From: Candidatus Kapaibacterium sp.
GTDB lineage: Bacteria > Bacteroidota > Ignavibacteria > Kapaibacteriales > UBA2268
Direction of reading: 5' to 3'
Assembly: GCA_938031175.1 (NCBI GenBank)
Contig: CALHGZ010000010.1
Location: forward strand, 83,508 to 147,507
DNA: 64,000 nt
A program made the position numbers and the translations under genes. The notes below the pieces were generated by a model that did not search any database, was not told the DNA's origin, and saw nothing but the letters and a program-made list of their open reading frames with translations. Below, in pieces: positions 28,739 to 37,773 of this stretch; the stretch's first letter is position 1, and each line of letters begins with the position of its first letter.

Positions 28739-28833
28739 TTGAACTTTGAATAAGTTAAACAATTTTAAATATTTTTCGTTTTACTCATTGACGTAATAAC
28801 AAAAATAACTAATATTTCAGTGTATTTAATATT

Positions 28834-30885
28834 ATGAATTCTTTTCCTGTTCAAGAATTAGTATTAATTGGGGGAAAATTATACACAGAAAATGAATTAA
28901 AATTTGCTCTCGATTTGGTTAATTACATAAAAAATCTTCAATTAGATGAGCATTCAATCATTTTAAGTTTTCTGATGAATGTAGATTTAAAAGACACATC
29001 AAAAATCAACATTTTAAAGGATAATTTTGACAATAAATTTATTGAAAAGATAGAGCTTCTGCAAAGAATCGGTAGCATTAATATACCTGACACGGGAAAA
29101 AAAATTCAAAAATTAAGAAAACTATTTGTTGAAATAACTAGCGATTTAAAAATTATAATTATAAAGCTTGCAGAAAGACTTGTAAAATTAAAAAACAGCT
29201 TTGAAATGGAATTAGATGATTTAGGGAAAATTTCCGAGGAGTGCCTTTACTTATATTCCCCGATAGCGCATCGCTTAGGGATTCGGAAAATATATACACA
29301 AATGGAAGATATAGCATTTAGTGTTTTATACCCAAATGATTATCAAAAACTCAATAACATCATTGAGAAAAACCGCAAGGTATATGAGCTAAAGCTAAAT
29401 TTAATTAAGGGCGATTTGAAAAATTTACTTGAAAAAAATCAAATTGAAGCTACAATACAGTCACGGGTAAAGAGATTATACAGCATTTACCTAAAACTTA
29501 AAAATAAGAATACAACTATTGATGAGATATATGATTTGATGGCATTAAGGGTAATTACAAATACAATTGAAAACTGTTATTATACGCTTGGTTTAGTGCA
29601 TCAAAACTGGATACCAATCGAAGGACGTTTTCGGGATTGGATTAGCTACCCTAAACCAAATGGTTATCGTTCAATTCAAACTACAATAGCAACCAAAAAA
29701 GGTGAAAAATTTGAAATTCAAATCAGAACAAATGAAATGCATCGAGAGGCAGAATATGGCTCCGCTGCTCATTGGGCATACAAAGAGGGTATCTCAAAAG
29801 CTGATGATTGGACAATCAGACTCAAAGAATTTCTAGAAAATGATGAATACTTTGACAACCCCTATGTCATAATCGATAAAATAAGTAATGAAATAAAAAG
29901 GAATTATATAAATGTATTAACACCTAAGGGTGATGTAATTACCTTGCCTGAAGGTTCAACAGCAATTGATTTTGCATATCACATTCATACACAACTAGGC
30001 AATCAAATAATTGGTGCTAGAATAAACGGAAGGTATGCAAAACCTAAAAGCAAATTAAATAGTGGTGATGTAATCGAAATAATTACAAATAAAAATGCCA
30101 AGCCTTCGAGAGATTGGCTCAATTATGTAAAAACAACAAAAGCCCGTTCAAAAATACTTATTTGGATTAAGAAAAATGAAAGCGAAAAAATTATTTTTGA
30201 GGGCAAAAGAATTTGGGAAAAATTCAAAAAAACATTCAAGAAAAAACTGGAAGGCTTTGATGACGATCATATTTTTAAAAACAATCTAAATAAAATTGGT
30301 TTCAAATCTGACGAAGATTTTTATTCAGCAATAGCCATCAAATCAATTAAATTAACACGTTCTTTACTAAGAAAACTTTATCCAAAAGCCTTCACAAAAG
30401 ACAAAAAATCGAAATCTATTGATAAAAAAACAAATGATTTATTGAATCTCCAGCCCAAAATATCTGTTGAAGGTATATTTAATATCGAGACACAACTTGC
30501 AAAATGTTGCAATCCGATAAAAGGACAGCCTATCCTTGCTTATATTACAAAAACTTCAAAAATCAAAATACATTCACTTAATTGTCCCTTTATTAAGAGT
30601 AAATTTTTAGATAAGGAACGACTGAGAAAAGCCGAATGGCTCGATACAGAATCTAAACAAACAGTCAGATTGAAAATTTTTGGTCAAAACTACGAAAAAA
30701 TGCTAACTGAATTAATAGAAAAAACAAATGAATTGAAAATCACAATAACAAAAACAGAAAGAATAATAAAAAATAACATAGCACAAATCCTAACTGAATT
30801 AGAAATAATAAATTTTAATCAATTACAACAATTTCAGAACAAATTGATTAATTCAAATAACATCAGTTCATTTCAAATTTTATAA
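28834..30885 (+). CDS. relA: Long RelA/SpoT homolog (synthetase-TGS-ZFD-ACT) with degenerate hydrolase domain
   Basis: SRVKRLYSIY, YDLMALRVI, PKPNGYRSIQT, EIQIRT, AAHWAYKE; TGS STAIDFAYHIH; CC..H..C zinc finger. The HD motif is absent. Confidence 0.9.
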   Translation: MNSFPVQELVLIGGKLYTENELKFALDLVNYIKNLQLDEHSIILSFLMNVDLKDTSKINILKDNFDNKFIEKIELLQRIGSINIPDTGKKIQKLRKLFVEITSDLKIIIIKLAERLVKLKNSFEMELDDLGKISEECLYLYSPIAHRLGIRKIYTQMEDIAFSVLYPNDYQKLNNIIEKNRKVYELKLNLIKGDLKNLLEKNQIEATIQSRVKRLYSIYLKLKNKNTTIDEIYDLMALRVITNTIENCYYTLGLVHQNWIPIEGRFRDWISYPKPNGYRSIQTTIATKKGEKFEIQIRTNEMHREAEYGSAAHWAYKEGISKADDWTIRLKEFLENDEYFDNPYVIIDKISNEIKRNYINVLTPKGDVITLPEGSTAIDFAYHIHTQLGNQIIGARINGRYAKPKSKLNSGDVIEIITNKNAKPSRDWLNYVKTTKARSKILIWIKKNESEKIIFEGKRIWEKFKKTFKKKLEGFDDDHIFKNNLNKIGFKSDEDFYSAIAIKSIKLTRSLLRKLYPKAFTKDKKSKSIDKKTNDLLNLQPKISVEGIFNIETQLAKCCNPIKGQPILAYITKTSKIKIHSLNCPFIKSKFLDKERLRKAEWLDTESKQTVRLKIFGQNYEKMLTELIEKTNELKITITKTERIIKNNIAQILTELEIINFNQLQQFQNKLINSNNISSFQIL

Positions 30886-30958
30886 CAATTTAACATTCAT
30901 TAATGAAATAATTCTTAAATTGCAAAGCAGCATAATTTAAAATTATGACATAGATTAT

Positions 30959-33900
30959 ATGAAAAAATATATATTTATCATCTCATTTGTATTGTTAGCT
31001 ATATACAACTCATATGCTCAACTGAAAATTATCAGCAATAATGCAAGCAATTATCCAAAGCTTGAGCTCGAATTTCTTGCTTTTGATTCGACAGATAAAA
31101 TAATGACTGTAATTCCAACTAACTTAATAACTATTAATGATAACAGCAATCAATTTGAACCAATAGAAATTTACTGTGAGCCATTTCAGCCTCAAAAATT
31201 ATCTTTGCTTATATCGCTTGATTTAGCTATTTCTGATGATTTGGCTAAGCCTAATTTTCACAAAGCAAAAAGTTTAACTTATGAAATCTTCAAACTTGCT
31301 ACACAAAGAAATGAATGTGCCCTCAGTGGTTTTGACAACTTGAGTTATATATTTTCTGACTTTACTACTAATTTAATTCAACTAGAAAATAGTTTACTTA
31401 GATTGAATCGTTCTCGTGGTTCCTATTTTAATGCTGGTTTATTATCCAAACCTGCAGGAGCAATTGAACTAATTAAAGATAAACCCGGTAACAAAATTAT
31501 ATTATTGATAACTGATGCTTCCAGTTCTGCTGATAAAGATAGTATTGTTAAGCTATTAAATCAGTATCAAATAAAACTGTTTGTAGTTAGTTTAAGCCAA
31601 TATCTATCTGATGATATAAAAGATGCAGTTATAGCAAGTGGTGGAAAATATTTTGTTAATATTCTAGATGGATATGATTTATCGCTATGGGCTAAAGTCA
31701 TTTATGCCTATTTAAATAATTATAGCCCGTGTAAATTATTTTATGAAACACAGCACAGTTGCGATGATATTCATAAAGTTATAATGTCCATTTCGAAATT
31801 TAATATTTCCGATAGTATAACATATAAACCACCAAAAGAAAAACTTACGCATATCAAGCCAACACCAGAGTTTTTGTCTTTTGGCGGAGTATTACCTCCA
31901 GCTTACAAAGAAATAAATATTTCTCTTATGGCAGAAAACGATGATATAATAATTGATTCAATAGTTGTTAAAGATTGGCATTTTTCAATAAGTTCAGGTA
32001 TTTCAGAAAATATATATATACCAGCAAATACCGAACATTTAATAAGGCTGAGATTTACCCCAAGCGATTCGACCTTAATTTTCACCAAATTAATTATTTA
32101 TTCATCGAATTCATGTTATGGCAATGAGATTCCTATTACTGCTGGATTTCCTAATACAATTCCCTATCAAAGGACAATAAAAATAGAAAATCCCAAATGT
32201 TCTGATAAACTTATTGTTGGCGATACTGTAATGATTGAATGGAGCGGTATTTTACCAAAAGATGTTGTTCAACTTGAATTTTCAACAAATAATGGTGCAA
32301 CATGGGATACTTTAGTCTATGATATTAATGGTCTAAAATATGAATGGATTGTACCTGACAAAGTTTCGGATTCTTGCCTGATTAGGATTATTCAACTTTG
32401 GCCTAATAATATTGGCAGAACAATGGACCTACCTCATAATGGTGGTGTCAATTCCGCAATGTTTAATTCAGATGAAACTTTGGTAGTTACTGCTAGTCAG
32501 GACTTAACAGCTAGGGTATGGAATGCAAATAATGGTAGAGAATTAATTAGGCTTGTAGGTCACACAAAACCTGTTCTATGGGCAGAATTTAATCATAATG
32601 ACAAATTAATTGCAACTGGTTCTCAGGACTCAACAATAATAATTTGGGATGCTAATAACGGTAGCATTATCAAGAGATTGTATGCTCACCAAGACGAAGT
32701 TAGAGCTGTACGTTTTCATCCATTTAAAGATACAATCGTATCAGTTAGTAAAGACGGATACGTTTTCGAATGGGATTTATTAAGTGGAAGGATAATTGAT
32801 ACTATTGATTACTCACCTATTCATCAATGGTTCGCTGATTATAGCAATAATGGTGAATTATTAGCTATTTCAGGCAATGATAGAAATGTAAAAATATACA
32901 ACCTTGTGACACGCAGATTCGAAAAAATATTCGATACAGGAATCGTACAACAGGGACTTGGAATTAATGTACATTGTGCTTTTTCTCCCGATGATAAAAG
33001 ATTAGCTACATCAAGTTGGTTCGGCAAATCAATTATATGGGATATCGAATCTGGGGATACTTTAGCTACCGTTGAGCATATCGATTCCTCTGGTAGTAAT
33101 AGTGCTATCTTTTTTGCAAGTTTTGATTATACAAGTGATACATTGCTGACTTCAGGATTCGAGCATAAATCAATAATGTGGCATGCACCAACAGGTAAAT
33201 ATATTGCAACCCTACAGGAACATCGAAGTTCAGTAAAAACTGGTATCTTTAATTTTGATGGAATGCGGGTTCTTACCTCAAGTTTCGATTCTACTGCTAA
33301 GCTCTGGAACAGGGGTAAGCGTGATATACAAATGGATACAATCGCTTGTCCATTTCAAATTACACGGGCTAAAATTATTGCTAAAGATATAGATTTTGGT
33401 CAAGTAGCACTTGCTGATGTCGTTGATACTTCAGTTACTGCTTTCATCGTTAACCAAACAAATGCTCCAATTACGATACGTGAATTAAAAATTGAAGGAA
33501 TTTCACGAAATGATTTTACAATACTGAGCAATTTCGCACCTTTTACACTTAATTCAAATGAAGAATATGCTCTCGAAATTAGGTTTAGACCTTTGAATCA
33601 AGGCGTTAGATTAGCAAAGATAAAAATTGTTATCCCAAATGAAACAATCTATGTAAATCTAACCGGTGAAGGATATCAAACTGATTTACAAACGTTTATC
33701 AAGTTCATAGATTTTGGTGAAGTTGTTATAGGTGAACACAAAGATACCACCATAAATCCATTACTAAAAAATAGATTTTTCGATCAAATCAGAATTGATT
33801 CTATCGTATTCAGCCAACCTGAAGATTATCATTTTAAAATGCTCAATGTCTCATTTCCAATTAAATTAAATCCTGATGATAATTTTCCTCTTTCCCTTAG

Positions 33901-34693
33901 ATTCATACCTGATAGCAATACTTTGTTCTACTCAACGCTTAATATTTATTCTAACGGACGAGGTTCACCCAATAAAATACCTGTAATTGGTAAAGGAATT
34001 AACCCGGTTATTGATACAGTTTTAATTGCAGTAGTTTCTTCTGTTGGTAAACCAGGAGAAATAATTGAAATTCCTCTAATTTGCAAGAATCCATCAGGAA
34101 AAGAGTTGAGTGATTCATTTAGAGGAATATTAGCAGATTGCAGTTTTAATTCTACCCTACTTGAGCCAATTGGTTCTGAAATATTAAATGATTACATAGA
34201 TGGTACAATTAGAACTATTACTTTAAAACTGCCATACAATAAAGAAAATGATACATTGCTTGGTAAGATAAAATTCAAAGTTGGACTTGGCAACGATAGT
34301 ATAACACAAATTAAAATACTTAATTCAAAACCTATTCATAGTGAACGAATCCATATAATCGAACATTCCGGGAAATTTAAATTAGATGGAATTTGCTCCG
34401 AAGGCGGTTCACGTTTATTCGATAGCGAAGGGATGCTTTTCCTATCACAAAACCACCCAAATCCATTTTCAGATGAAACTAATATAAGCTTTGGTGTTAT
34501 TGAAAAAGGCTTCACACGTTTGCTTCTATTTGATTTATATGGGAATTTAGAAAAAGTTGTCTTCGCTAATTACCTTGAACCTGGAGAATATGATATTAGT
34601 ATTAAGTCTGAAAACTTGAACTCCGGTTTATACTTTTATGTACTGCAGACACCAACTCAAGTGATAAAGAAAAAATTGGTAATTATCAAGTAA
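30959..34693 (+). CDS. T9SS-secreted multidomain protein: VWA-like + ASH/Ig-like + WD40 propeller + ASH repeats + T9SS C-terminal domain
   Basis: Signal peptide; IILLITD VWA-like segment; GH...WD repeats; IDFGEV ASH-like repeats; C-terminal NHPNPFS...DLYG...LNSGLYFY...KKLVIIK. Confidence 0.85.
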   Translation: MKKYIFIISFVLLAIYNSYAQLKIISNNASNYPKLELEFLAFDSTDKIMTVIPTNLITINDNSNQFEPIEIYCEPFQPQKLSLLISLDLAISDDLAKPNFHKAKSLTYEIFKLATQRNECALSGFDNLSYIFSDFTTNLIQLENSLLRLNRSRGSYFNAGLLSKPAGAIELIKDKPGNKIILLITDASSSADKDSIVKLLNQYQIKLFVVSLSQYLSDDIKDAVIASGGKYFVNILDGYDLSLWAKVIYAYLNNYSPCKLFYETQHSCDDIHKVIMSISKFNISDSITYKPPKEKLTHIKPTPEFLSFGGVLPPAYKEINISLMAENDDIIIDSIVVKDWHFSISSGISENIYIPANTEHLIRLRFTPSDSTLIFTKLIIYSSNSCYGNEIPITAGFPNTIPYQRTIKIENPKCSDKLIVGDTVMIEWSGILPKDVVQLEFSTNNGATWDTLVYDINGLKYEWIVPDKVSDSCLIRIIQLWPNNIGRTMDLPHNGGVNSAMFNSDETLVVTASQDLTARVWNANNGRELIRLVGHTKPVLWAEFNHNDKLIATGSQDSTIIIWDANNGSIIKRLYAHQDEVRAVRFHPFKDTIVSVSKDGYVFEWDLLSGRIIDTIDYSPIHQWFADYSNNGELLAISGNDRNVKIYNLVTRRFEKIFDTGIVQQGLGINVHCAFSPDDKRLATSSWFGKSIIWDIESGDTLATVEHIDSSGSNSAIFFASFDYTSDTLLTSGFEHKSIMWHAPTGKYIATLQEHRSSVKTGIFNFDGMRVLTSSFDSTAKLWNRGKRDIQMDTIACPFQITRAKIIAKDIDFGQVALADVVDTSVTAFIVNQTNAPITIRELKIEGISRNDFTILSNFAPFTLNSNEEYALEIRFRPLNQGVRLAKIKIVIPNETIYVNLTGEGYQTDLQTFIKFIDFGEVVIGEHKDTTINPLLKNRFFDQIRIDSIVFSQPEDYHFKMLNVSFPIKLNPDDNFPLSLRFIPDSNTLFYSTLNIYSNGRGSPNKIPVIGKGINPVIDTVLIAVVSSVGKPGEIIEIPLICKNPSGKELSDSFRGILADCSFNSTLLEPIGSEILNDYIDGTIRTITLKLPYNKENDTLLGKIKFKVGLGNDSITQIKILNSKPIHSERIHIIEHSGKFKLDGICSEGGSRLFDSEGMLFLSQNHPNPFSDETNISFGVIEKGFTRLLLFDLYGNLEKVVFANYLEPGEYDISIKSENLNSGLYFYVLQTPTQVIKKKLVIIK

Positions 34694-34705
34694 AATAGAT
34701 TTGCG

Positions 34706-34777
34706 TAGCGCATAGGGGAATCGAACCCCTGTTTTAGCCTTGAGAGGGCTACGTCCTAACCGCTAGACGAATGCGCC
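34706..34777 (-). tRNA. tRNA-Glu (anticodon CTC)
   Basis: GGCGCATTCGTCTAGCGGTTAGGACGTAGCCCTCTCAAGGCTAAAACAGGGGTTCGATTCCCCTATGCGCTA folds as a cloverleaf; anticodon loop CT-CTC-AA; TTCGA T-loop; CCA not encoded. Confidence 0.95.
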
Positions 34778-34821
34778 AAATTAAAAAATTTTGTTAATTA
34801 ACATTTATTTTTGTTATTTTA

Positions 34822-34829
34822 CAAATATA
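34822..34829 (-). promoter_or_regulatory. Bacteroidota-type -7 element upstream of tRNA-Glu
   Basis: TATATTTG on minus strand, 44 nt upstream of the tRNA 5' end. Confidence 0.5.
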
Positions 34830-34889
34830 AAGTTTTTATTTGTAATTTCAATAATTGGACTTTTCTGACACTAACTAAATAGGTTATAT

Positions 34890-36059
34890 ATGAGAACATT
34901 ATTAAAATTTAATTCTTTGTTATTTTTAGTATTTATCTCATTTTATGTTTATCATTTAAAAGCAGATGAATATATTGTGGTTAGTAAAGATTTTACTTTA
35001 TTCACATCAAAAAATTTACAGGGTTATTTAAAGCCTTTATTCACTACAATAGGCGAAAGCTTTAATTCAAATCTTTATAGCACCGCGCTTTATGAGAACC
35101 AATGGAGGATAGGCCTCGATATATCCATAAATGGTATGTTCATACCAGATGCACATAAGTTCTTTGATGCCGAACTTCCTATTGCTTATGGTACTGATGT
35201 TGTTGATAATGCAATGCTTAAAGATGGAAAACTCTATCGGCAGATAGGAAAAAGTATATCCCAACCAACACTTTACGGAGGAACATCAAATGCAATTTTC
35301 AGTGCTCCTCAGAATCCTTCTGGTTCAACATTCGGAGAAGATTCAAATGGCAATATCATTTATGATTCAACTTTTAAATCCGTTGCTTTTGCTGAGGGTA
35401 ATAATATTGATTTTCTTGCTGGTCTTCCGACAATTCAATTAATAGCAGGTTTTCCAATTGGCACAGAATTAAGATTACGCTTTTGGACTTTCCCGCTTCA
35501 AGACCAAATGATGACTTATTGGGCAGCAATACTCAATCAGAGAATTGACCACATATTTGATCTTTTTTATCCAGATACAACTATGGGAATAGCTTTGAAC
35601 TTTGCATATCACAATTTAGATAGAGGCAAAGGATTCAATATAAATTCATTTGCTTTAGGACTTCACTTCAGCAAAAGCTGGGATATCGGATTTAACCTTT
35701 ATGGCGGATTGCAATATGAAAATTTATCAGGCGATTTTATGGCTATTCGAGATACTGCAGGTATTAAGCCTACTGATGTTGCAAATAATCCCTACATTGA
35801 AGTCCGAGAGCGTCAACCTATAGAATTTAAGATTGAAAGTTTTAACAATTTTCGATTTCTCGGAGGTATAAGCTATAGAGCATCAATATTTGAATTACAT
35901 GCTGACGCTGCATGGGCTGCTCAACCTGTCGTTACCGTCGGATTGACAATCTGGATAGCTGAGTGGGGTAGAAAATACCGAGAAACTAAGAAAATTGAAA
36001 GATTTGAAGAAATCGAAAGAATCGAACGTATCAAAAGAAAAGAGATTATTCAAGATTAA
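34890..36059 (+). CDS. DUF6588-like outer-membrane beta-barrel protein
   Basis: Signal peptide; YLKPLFTTIGESFNSNLYSTA, QPTLYGG, GTELRLRF resemble DUF6588 as I recall it. Confidence 0.6.
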   Translation: MRTLLKFNSLLFLVFISFYVYHLKADEYIVVSKDFTLFTSKNLQGYLKPLFTTIGESFNSNLYSTALYENQWRIGLDISINGMFIPDAHKFFDAELPIAYGTDVVDNAMLKDGKLYRQIGKSISQPTLYGGTSNAIFSAPQNPSGSTFGEDSNGNIIYDSTFKSVAFAEGNNIDFLAGLPTIQLIAGFPIGTELRLRFWTFPLQDQMMTYWAAILNQRIDHIFDLFYPDTTMGIALNFAYHNLDRGKGFNINSFALGLHFSKSWDIGFNLYGGLQYENLSGDFMAIRDTAGIKPTDVANNPYIEVRERQPIEFKIESFNNFRFLGGISYRASIFELHADAAWAAQPVVTVGLTIWIAEWGRKYRETKKIERFEEIERIERIKRKEIIQD

Positions 36060-36074
36060 TTAAAGGAGAAGAAG

Positions 36075-36755
36075 ATGAAATATATAATATTTTTACCATT
36101 TATATTAATAACTATGATTTTATCATCATGTTTTACTGAAACAATTGATGCTTTTTCGACAATTAATTTCCAATTAGTTGCACCATTCCACTCAACTCAC
36201 GTTGATAAAACTGTGCCAGACACATCAGTAGATTTCACTAATCTTAATAAATACAAAGAATACAAAGACAATAAAGAAAGAATAAAGAAAGCAATGATCC
36301 TGCAATTCAATTATTGGCTTGATTCACTTGTATATATAGATAAAGGGGGAAATAAAGTCAACTTTAATCCAAAAGTACCAAATATGCCCGAGATTAAATT
36401 TAATCATATTAGATTTTATTTGAGGTTTGCCGATAAAAAAAAGTTCCCCGTCAATGGGGACGAATTTGATGCTGTAAATTATGAATTCAGCAAATCTGAT
36501 ACTACTATGTATTTACTTGGTGAATTTTTAAATGTTGACATTAAAGATTATTTTCGGCAGGCATATCATATAGTTGATGTCAGCGATGATGTTGCACGAG
36601 TTATATCCGATGCTGTTAAAAATAGACCAATGTTTTTTATAATTACAGAATATAGCCATATGTCTGATCAAAACCCACAAATCGAACCTAAACGATTCTT
36701 CCCATATATTGCAGCACGATTTGATTTAGTAATAAAATTTGAAGTGAGCCTCTAA
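36075..36755 (+). CDS. Hypothetical lipoprotein
   Basis: Lipobox LSSC; AAGGAG SD; operonic with upstream barrel gene. Confidence 0.7.
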   Translation: MKYIIFLPFILITMILSSCFTETIDAFSTINFQLVAPFHSTHVDKTVPDTSVDFTNLNKYKEYKDNKERIKKAMILQFNYWLDSLVYIDKGGNKVNFNPKVPNMPEIKFNHIRFYLRFADKKKFPVNGDEFDAVNYEFSKSDTTMYLLGEFLNVDIKDYFRQAYHIVDVSDDVARVISDAVKNRPMFFIITEYSHMSDQNPQIEPKRFFPYIAARFDLVIKFEVSL

Positions 36756-36814
36756 AAATCATTTAAAATAAACAAATAGCTGGTGGATCTACACGATTCT
36801 AACTGCTTTTTCCG

Positions 36815-36822
36815 TAATTTTG
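36815..36822 (+). promoter_or_regulatory. Bacteroidota-type -7 element
   Basis: TAATTTTG, 28 nt upstream of ATG 36851. Confidence 0.4.
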
Positions 36823-36850
36823 TATTAATTTTCTACAGCAGGAAATAAAT

Positions 36851-37765
36851 ATGTTCAGGCTAATATTAATTATTATAACAGCACTTCATCTATTGCAAAC
36901 TGAAAATACTTTCGATAATGACTATGAATATGAATCCGACTTTTTAAGAATTGGAGACACAGTCTGTTTTTCATATCGATTTTATCCAGGTGATACGCTA
37001 TTGTATTATATCCATTCTTTTGACAGTATAATTATAGATAATGATAGTCCATTACTTCGCGAGAGATTCGAACGAATCCGCATAATATGCGATTCAATCA
37101 ATTCTGAGGGTCACTTTTTTCTACGCCAGAATTTAGTTAATTATTTAGCTTATGAATCAACGCGAGAATACAGAAATATAGAGCGAACTACAAGTCCATG
37201 GATAAACCGCACAATTGGTTATGAAATAGATTCTTTAGGCAAACGCTTTTCCTATTTTCTTGATGATTCGACAATAGCATCTATAGCCCCAGGGGGTGCT
37301 TTTGCACCCCATTTGCTATTCTACTTAGGCGCAAATTGTAAAAGAGTCAATGAATCGTGGAATGTTGAATCACTCGATGATCTACCTGAAAATGGCATAC
37401 CAGTGCCAATAATAAATCAGGCATCTTTATTCAGGGCAAATGACTATGGTGACACATTAGGAAGAAAGTGCATAAAACTGGAATATATAAAAACTGCTCA
37501 GGGTAGTAATTGGGTAAAAACCGACAATGATTTTATACTTGTGACATTAATTGCAAATGGCTTTGGTTTTTTATTTCTAGATAGTCTGGAACGCATACCT
37601 GTTCATTATTTTGCTACATTGGAACAGAAGTTAACAATTAATTTTCCGGATGGTACTGTTAAAGGCGGTTTGCATTTTATAAGCACAAACTTTACTCTTG
37701 AATATATCAATGATAGAAATCGTAGATTACAGAAAAATATCAAATCCAAGCCAGTCAGAAAATAA
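36851..37765 (+). CDS. Hypothetical exported beta-rich protein
   Basis: 304-aa ORF with signal-peptide-like N-terminus; no family recognised with confidence. Confidence 0.65.
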   Translation: MFRLILIIITALHLLQTENTFDNDYEYESDFLRIGDTVCFSYRFYPGDTLLYYIHSFDSIIIDNDSPLLRERFERIRIICDSINSEGHFFLRQNLVNYLAYESTREYRNIERTTSPWINRTIGYEIDSLGKRFSYFLDDSTIASIAPGGAFAPHLLFYLGANCKRVNESWNVESLDDLPENGIPVPIINQASLFRANDYGDTLGRKCIKLEYIKTAQGSNWVKTDNDFILVTLIANGFGFLFLDSLERIPVHYFATLEQKLTINFPDGTVKGGLHFISTNFTLEYINDRNRRLQKNIKSKPVRK

Positions 37766-37773
37766 TATTACCC

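Noticed and set aside
34706-34777. tRNA as an integration site (att) of a genomic island
   Set aside because: No duplicated tRNA 3' end and no integrase were seen nearby; the only recombinase is a canonical XerD.
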